A stretch of DNA of 64,000 bases from the NCBI GenBank assembly GCA_010909165.1, contig MU008174.1:186001-250000 (forward strand), given 5' to 3'. Shown here piece after piece: positions 60,247 to 64,000 of this stretch. A model generated the notes under the pieces. That model was not told the origin of the DNA and did not search any database. It saw only the letters and a program-made list of their open reading frames with translations. The translations under genes and the position numbers were made by a program. The stretch comes from Anthoceros angustus (Eukaryota; Plantae; Anthocerotophyta). Every line of letters begins with the position of its first letter. Position 1 is the first letter of the stretch.

Positions 60247-60869
60247 AGTCGTGGATTTGCTGTGCAGTCGACAAGTCCAGCAAACGAGAGACATCCCTCA
60301 TCTTCAAACTTGCGTCCGCCAGGGAGAGGAATAAGGGGGGGCATGGGGATGGTCTTCTCTCTGAAATGAAGCAGGGCTACGCGTACAGCAGCTAAGAGGA
60401 TGCGGTTGACATCGGCTCCACATTCATAGACTGGCGCATATTCGAGGAGGGCGTTGCATTTTCGTTATGAAGGCAGGCAGTCCCCATGCCACCACCTCTT
60501 GCCGAGTAAGTACCCAGTCCCAGGATGAAGGGGATTCCACCTCAACCAAAATCAGGAGGTTAAGTTTGGCGGTGCAAGAGTCTCCGACCCGGGCATTGGG
60601 GATTGCCGGGTCCTGATTGTGGCCCGCCCGAGGTCGTTGTCATTGTTGTCATTTGTAACTCCTAGACAAAGATTTGCAGGAAATGGGGCTGAGAAATGAA
60701 TGCCACGATACGGGGGATCCTAAAATATCCGCTTTCCATGGGCATGGCAACCCGGCGGTTGATAGCTCGAGGGCCGGCATGTGCGGAAAGAACCAAGATG
60801 CAAGAAGAACGTGCTGGGGTGCGGGGTTAGGCAACGCCCCCATCGCCAACGCGAACTCCAACGCCATTA

Positions 60870-62033
60870 ATGGAAAACACAATGCGGGAAGAAGCTGAGC
60901 AAGAACCGGGAGACTCGGGATGGGACCAGTCCAGAACTCCAGCAGCAGCAGCAGCAGCGGGAGCCGCAGCTGGAGCAGGAGGAGCAGCAGCAGCAGCCAT
61001 GACCCAGGTCGAGGGGAAGGCCTACGCTGTGGTCCCCGTGGTGGTCGGCTACGCGCTCTGCTCCAGCCTGCTGGCCGTGATTAACAAGTACGCCATCACC
61101 TTCTTCCCCTTCCCCAGCCTCCTGACGGCTCTCCAGTACGTGAGCAGCGTGGTGGGCGTGTTGGGTCTGGGGAGGCTGGGCCTCCTGCACCACGACGCCT
61201 TCCGGTGGGAAACGGCGAGGCAATTTCTCCCAGCCGCCGTCGTCTTCTACCTCGCTATCTTCACCAACACCAACCTGCTGAAGCACGCCAATGTGGACAC
61301 ATTCATCGTCTTCCGGTCCTCCACTCCCCTGCTAGTGGCCCTGGCGGACACCCTGTTCCGGAAGCAGGCACTTCCGTCGAGAGGAACCTTCGTGGCGCTG
61401 CTTGTCATTCTGGGGGCTGTGGGCTATGTGCTCACCGACTCTGCTTTCACAGTAACTGCCTATGCCTGGGCTGTGGCGTACCTGGTGGTGATCACCGCTG
61501 AGATGGTGTACATCAAGCACATGGTGTCCAACCTGGGGCTCAACACCTGGGGCTTCGTGTACTACAACAACCTCCTGTCCCTGCTGCTGTCGCCCATCTT
61601 CGCCATAGCCACTGGGGAGATGTGGGACGTCCGGGGCGCTGCCCAGCCTGGGTTTCAGATGGTGCTGTCCGTGGCTTTGTCCTGTCTCTTCGGCCTGGCT
61701 ATCAGCTTCTTCGGGTTCGCTGCCAGGAGGGCACTTTCCGCCACTGCATTCACTGTCACCGGGGTGGTGAACAAGTTCCTGACGGTGATCATCAATGTGC
61801 TGATCTGGGACAAGCACGCCAGCAATGTGGGTCTCGCGTACCTGCTGCTCACGCTTGTCGGGGGTGTGATGTACCAGCAGTCCACGAGCTCGCCTGCTCG
61901 GGTTGCTCCTCCTCCTGCTAAGAATGTTGATGACCAGGAGCTGGGGCTTGGGCAGGGCTTCGTGAAGATGGAGGAGGAGAAGCTGCCGCTGCTGTCGATT
62001 AAGCCCAAGTCCAGGTTTCTAGGTGGGACGTAG
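60870..62033 (+). CDS. GONST4: Golgi nucleotide-sugar transporter, GONST4/GFT1 (GDP-fucose transporter)-like; intronless, 387 aa
   Basis: GYALCSSLLAVINK, FYLAIFTNTNLLKHANVDTFIVFRS, EMVYIKHMV, YNNLLSL, SATAFTVTGVVNKFLTV.INVLIWDKHA closely match the plant GONST3/4 clade, nearer GONST4/GFT1 as recalled; Ala/Gly-rich N-terminal extension. Confidence 0.93.
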   Translation: MENTMREEAEQEPGDSGWDQSRTPAAAAAAGAAAGAGGAAAAAMTQVEGKAYAVVPVVVGYALCSSLLAVINKYAITFFPFPSLLTALQYVSSVVGVLGLGRLGLLHHDAFRWETARQFLPAAVVFYLAIFTNTNLLKHANVDTFIVFRSSTPLLVALADTLFRKQALPSRGTFVALLVILGAVGYVLTDSAFTVTAYAWAVAYLVVITAEMVYIKHMVSNLGLNTWGFVYYNNLLSLLLSPIFAIATGEMWDVRGAAQPGFQMVLSVALSCLFGLAISFFGFAARRALSATAFTVTGVVNKFLTVIINVLIWDKHASNVGLAYLLLTLVGGVMYQQSTSSPARVAPPPAKNVDDQELGLGQGFVKMEEEKLPLLSIKPKSRFLGGT

Positions 62034-62291
62034 ATACGTATGTATGTACATGCATGTAAGCATGGAGGTGCGTGGCCACTTGGCTTGCTCTTGAGCCTGG
62101 GTTTTTTGGTACAGTGACGAATGCCTTGCTTAGATAAGTCCATGGAAGATCCCTCATGGCTTGTAACGTATCAGGAGCTTGGTGAGAGGCTGCCACACAT
62201 GCATTGCACAGTGTTAGTCTCAGGAATGCTATCTTTGGTAGAGGAGTAGAACCAGGCGCGGCGTGGTGCTCGCAGAACAGTCGTTGTGGCA

Positions 62292-63414
62292 TCATAACTT
62301 TGGCACAAAGACCTTGCGGAATGTGAGGTTGATCCGCAATCCAGCTGATTTTGTACGTTTTGGCACAGAATGGTCCCAATCCCTCTGCATGTTGCCTTTC
62401 ATAACAAGGAGGGAGCCATGCTTGAGGATGAAAGAATACTGTTCCTTCGGGGTAGCACAATGTACAGTGGTAGTGAGAGGTGAGCAGCTTGGGGCAGAAT
62501 GCCCGGAGTGTAGCCGCCGCATCTTCGTTGCAGGCTGGTTCATGTTGTGGTCCCCCTCGTGTTTGCCAGGTGAGTGATGAACAGGCTCTTCTCGTGCTCC
62601 CGCCACATCTGCACGTCCGCACTCCCCCTTGTCAGAAGGCTTGGTCATAGAACGTGGGACTCTGTTGGATTCCGCCTTCCTTCTGGGTCTTTGGACCTGC
62701 ATACTCCTGCCATTCCTCTCCTTCTCCTTTTGCAACTTGTAACCCTTCTTCATTCTCACAAAAAACTCCCTTTCAGCACCCAAGCTGACAGACGCAATGA
62801 CGGGGGATGGCCCATACAGTTTCTCGTTATCGCTGTGCCAGGCAGCGTAGTCTGACCCATTTGCATACCGGTTGATCAGAACACTGTTGAACTCCGTGTC
62901 TGGCACAGCCTGTTGAACCTGACAACAAACACCCAGAACCCCTGAGCAGGACTGCTTCGTGGACAACAGCACACAACAAGATGTCGAGGCTCACCGAATG
63001 CAGAATGGTTTTCAGAACCGGGAATTCGTCCCAATGATACGCAACAGGCTGATGCCCGCTGTATTTCAAGTTCGGCAGATTTCTGTCAGCCACGTAACAT
63101 GATTCTCTTGGCTGCAAAAATAACCTCTTATCAGTACACTAAGAATCCGCACGCAAGCAACCCTGAGCTCCAGTAATCCTCACCCTGGCGCTCCACAACA
63201 AAACACAAAGGACACGATTGCACGCAAGAACCTGAATACAGGGCCGACCATAAATGAACAGGGTTGGCCGAGTCCATGGCATCTCTTTGTCCAAGACCTG
63301 AAGCCAAAGGTCAGCCTCCGCTCTGGTGAAAAATCGTGGATACCACTCAATCTCCGATTCATCTCCCAAATCCACATGCACCACACTCCTGACCGGCTCG
63401 CCCTGTGATTCCAT
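62292..63414 (-). CDS. ALKBH2: AlkB homolog 2, 2OG-Fe(II) DNA dealkylase; exons 63414-63232, 63111-62995, 62918-62292 (308 aa)
   Basis: GT-AG introns keep the frame; motifs PWTRPT..YGR..QPRESCYVA, LKYSG, FNSVLINRY.NGSDY.AWHSDNEKLYG, ASVSLGAER, LKHGSLLVM.G..QRDW.HSVPKR, RINLTFR. An extra upstream exon cannot be excluded. Confidence 0.92.
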
Positions 63415-63874
63415 ACATCCTGAACGTGAGTAGCCCGCACAGTCAGGACAACAAAACGTCTAGTGGCTTGCAAGGACTTAGAGAGTGACCTCTACAGAGG
63501 AATCAGATGTGCCAGCTGAGGTTCCTTCACAAACAGTGGCGCACCTAGCTGTCGCCCTGGCTGCTGCCATAGTACTGCCATCCTTGTCCAAAGGCACGAA
63601 CGGAAGCTTGGACTGGAATGCCATCAAATTGGCCTGCAGGTGTGCTGAACATGAACCTGCAATCCAGGAGACCGTGGAATCGCTTCATCCTCTTCACACG
63701 GCAGAAGAAACGACAGTTGCTTAAGAACAGGGTCATACCAGCTCGCTAGTAGCTGAAGGTGATCAGAGCTGCCTTGACTCCTCACTTGATCTGCCTGAAC
63801 CATGAATTTAGTGATCCATCGGTGGATCACCCAGGTTGCAACTTTGGATGAGCGATTTATTGTCAGAAACAAAG

Positions 63875-63887
63875 TTTAGGGTTTAGG
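63875..63887 (-). promoter_or_regulatory. Telo-box-like motif (AAACCCTA) upstream of ALKBH2; another at 63972-63979
   Basis: TTTAGGGTTTAGG and TAGGGTTT within ~570 nt upstream of the ATG; telo-boxes are known plant promoter elements. Confidence 0.35.
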
Positions 63888-64000
63888 CTGGCCAACTGGG
63901 ATTTCAGCGATATGCTAAACACAGGTTCTCTCTTCTAGTAGATCAAATGCCGACATGGGGACGTTGTTGCATAGGGTTTAGAGTTGGCCACTTGATACTG

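Noticed and set aside
63875-63980. Interstitial telomere
   Set aside because: Only about two TTTAGGG units; better read as telo-box motifs or chance (similar single motif at 2747-2754).

Overview
Land-plant genomic DNA (spliced ALKBH2, a GONST4/GFT1-type nucleotide-sugar transporter, nsLTP-like genes, a tRNA-Asp-primed Ty3/gypsy element); a non-seed plant is plausible but not provable from sequence alone. The layout is nested. (1) A ~1.35-kb tandem unit (about 4.8 copies, 3774-60195) carries a minus-strand secreted 8-cysteine-motif (nsLTP/prolamin-like) gene. (2) The second copy is split near codon 3 by a ~50-kb nest. Its outer layer looks like a plus-strand solo LTR (TG...CA, 6069-56038) that contains a long ORF. 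(3) Inside that ORF, flanked by a CCCTC target-site duplication, sits a minus-strand non-chromovirus Ty3/gypsy element arranged LTR-internal-LTR-internal-LTR (7690-47967). It has ~3.9-kb LTRs, a tRNA-Asp PBS, a PPT and gag-PR-RT-RH-INT. (4) To the right are intact GFT1/GONST4 (+) and ALKBH2 (-). Most notable: both LTR families carry a homologous long ORF upstream of a shared GTATAAGAGGG TATA motif (a probable U3-encoded gene), and both end with CCTACAACGAC (complementary to the 5' end of tRNA-Asp) followed by a terminal hairpin. Caveat: the repeats are full of 1-3-nt indels and microhomology step-back duplications while the unique genes are clean. This is typical of unpolished or mis-resolved long-read assembly, so frameshifts and internal copy numbers in repeats are unreliable.
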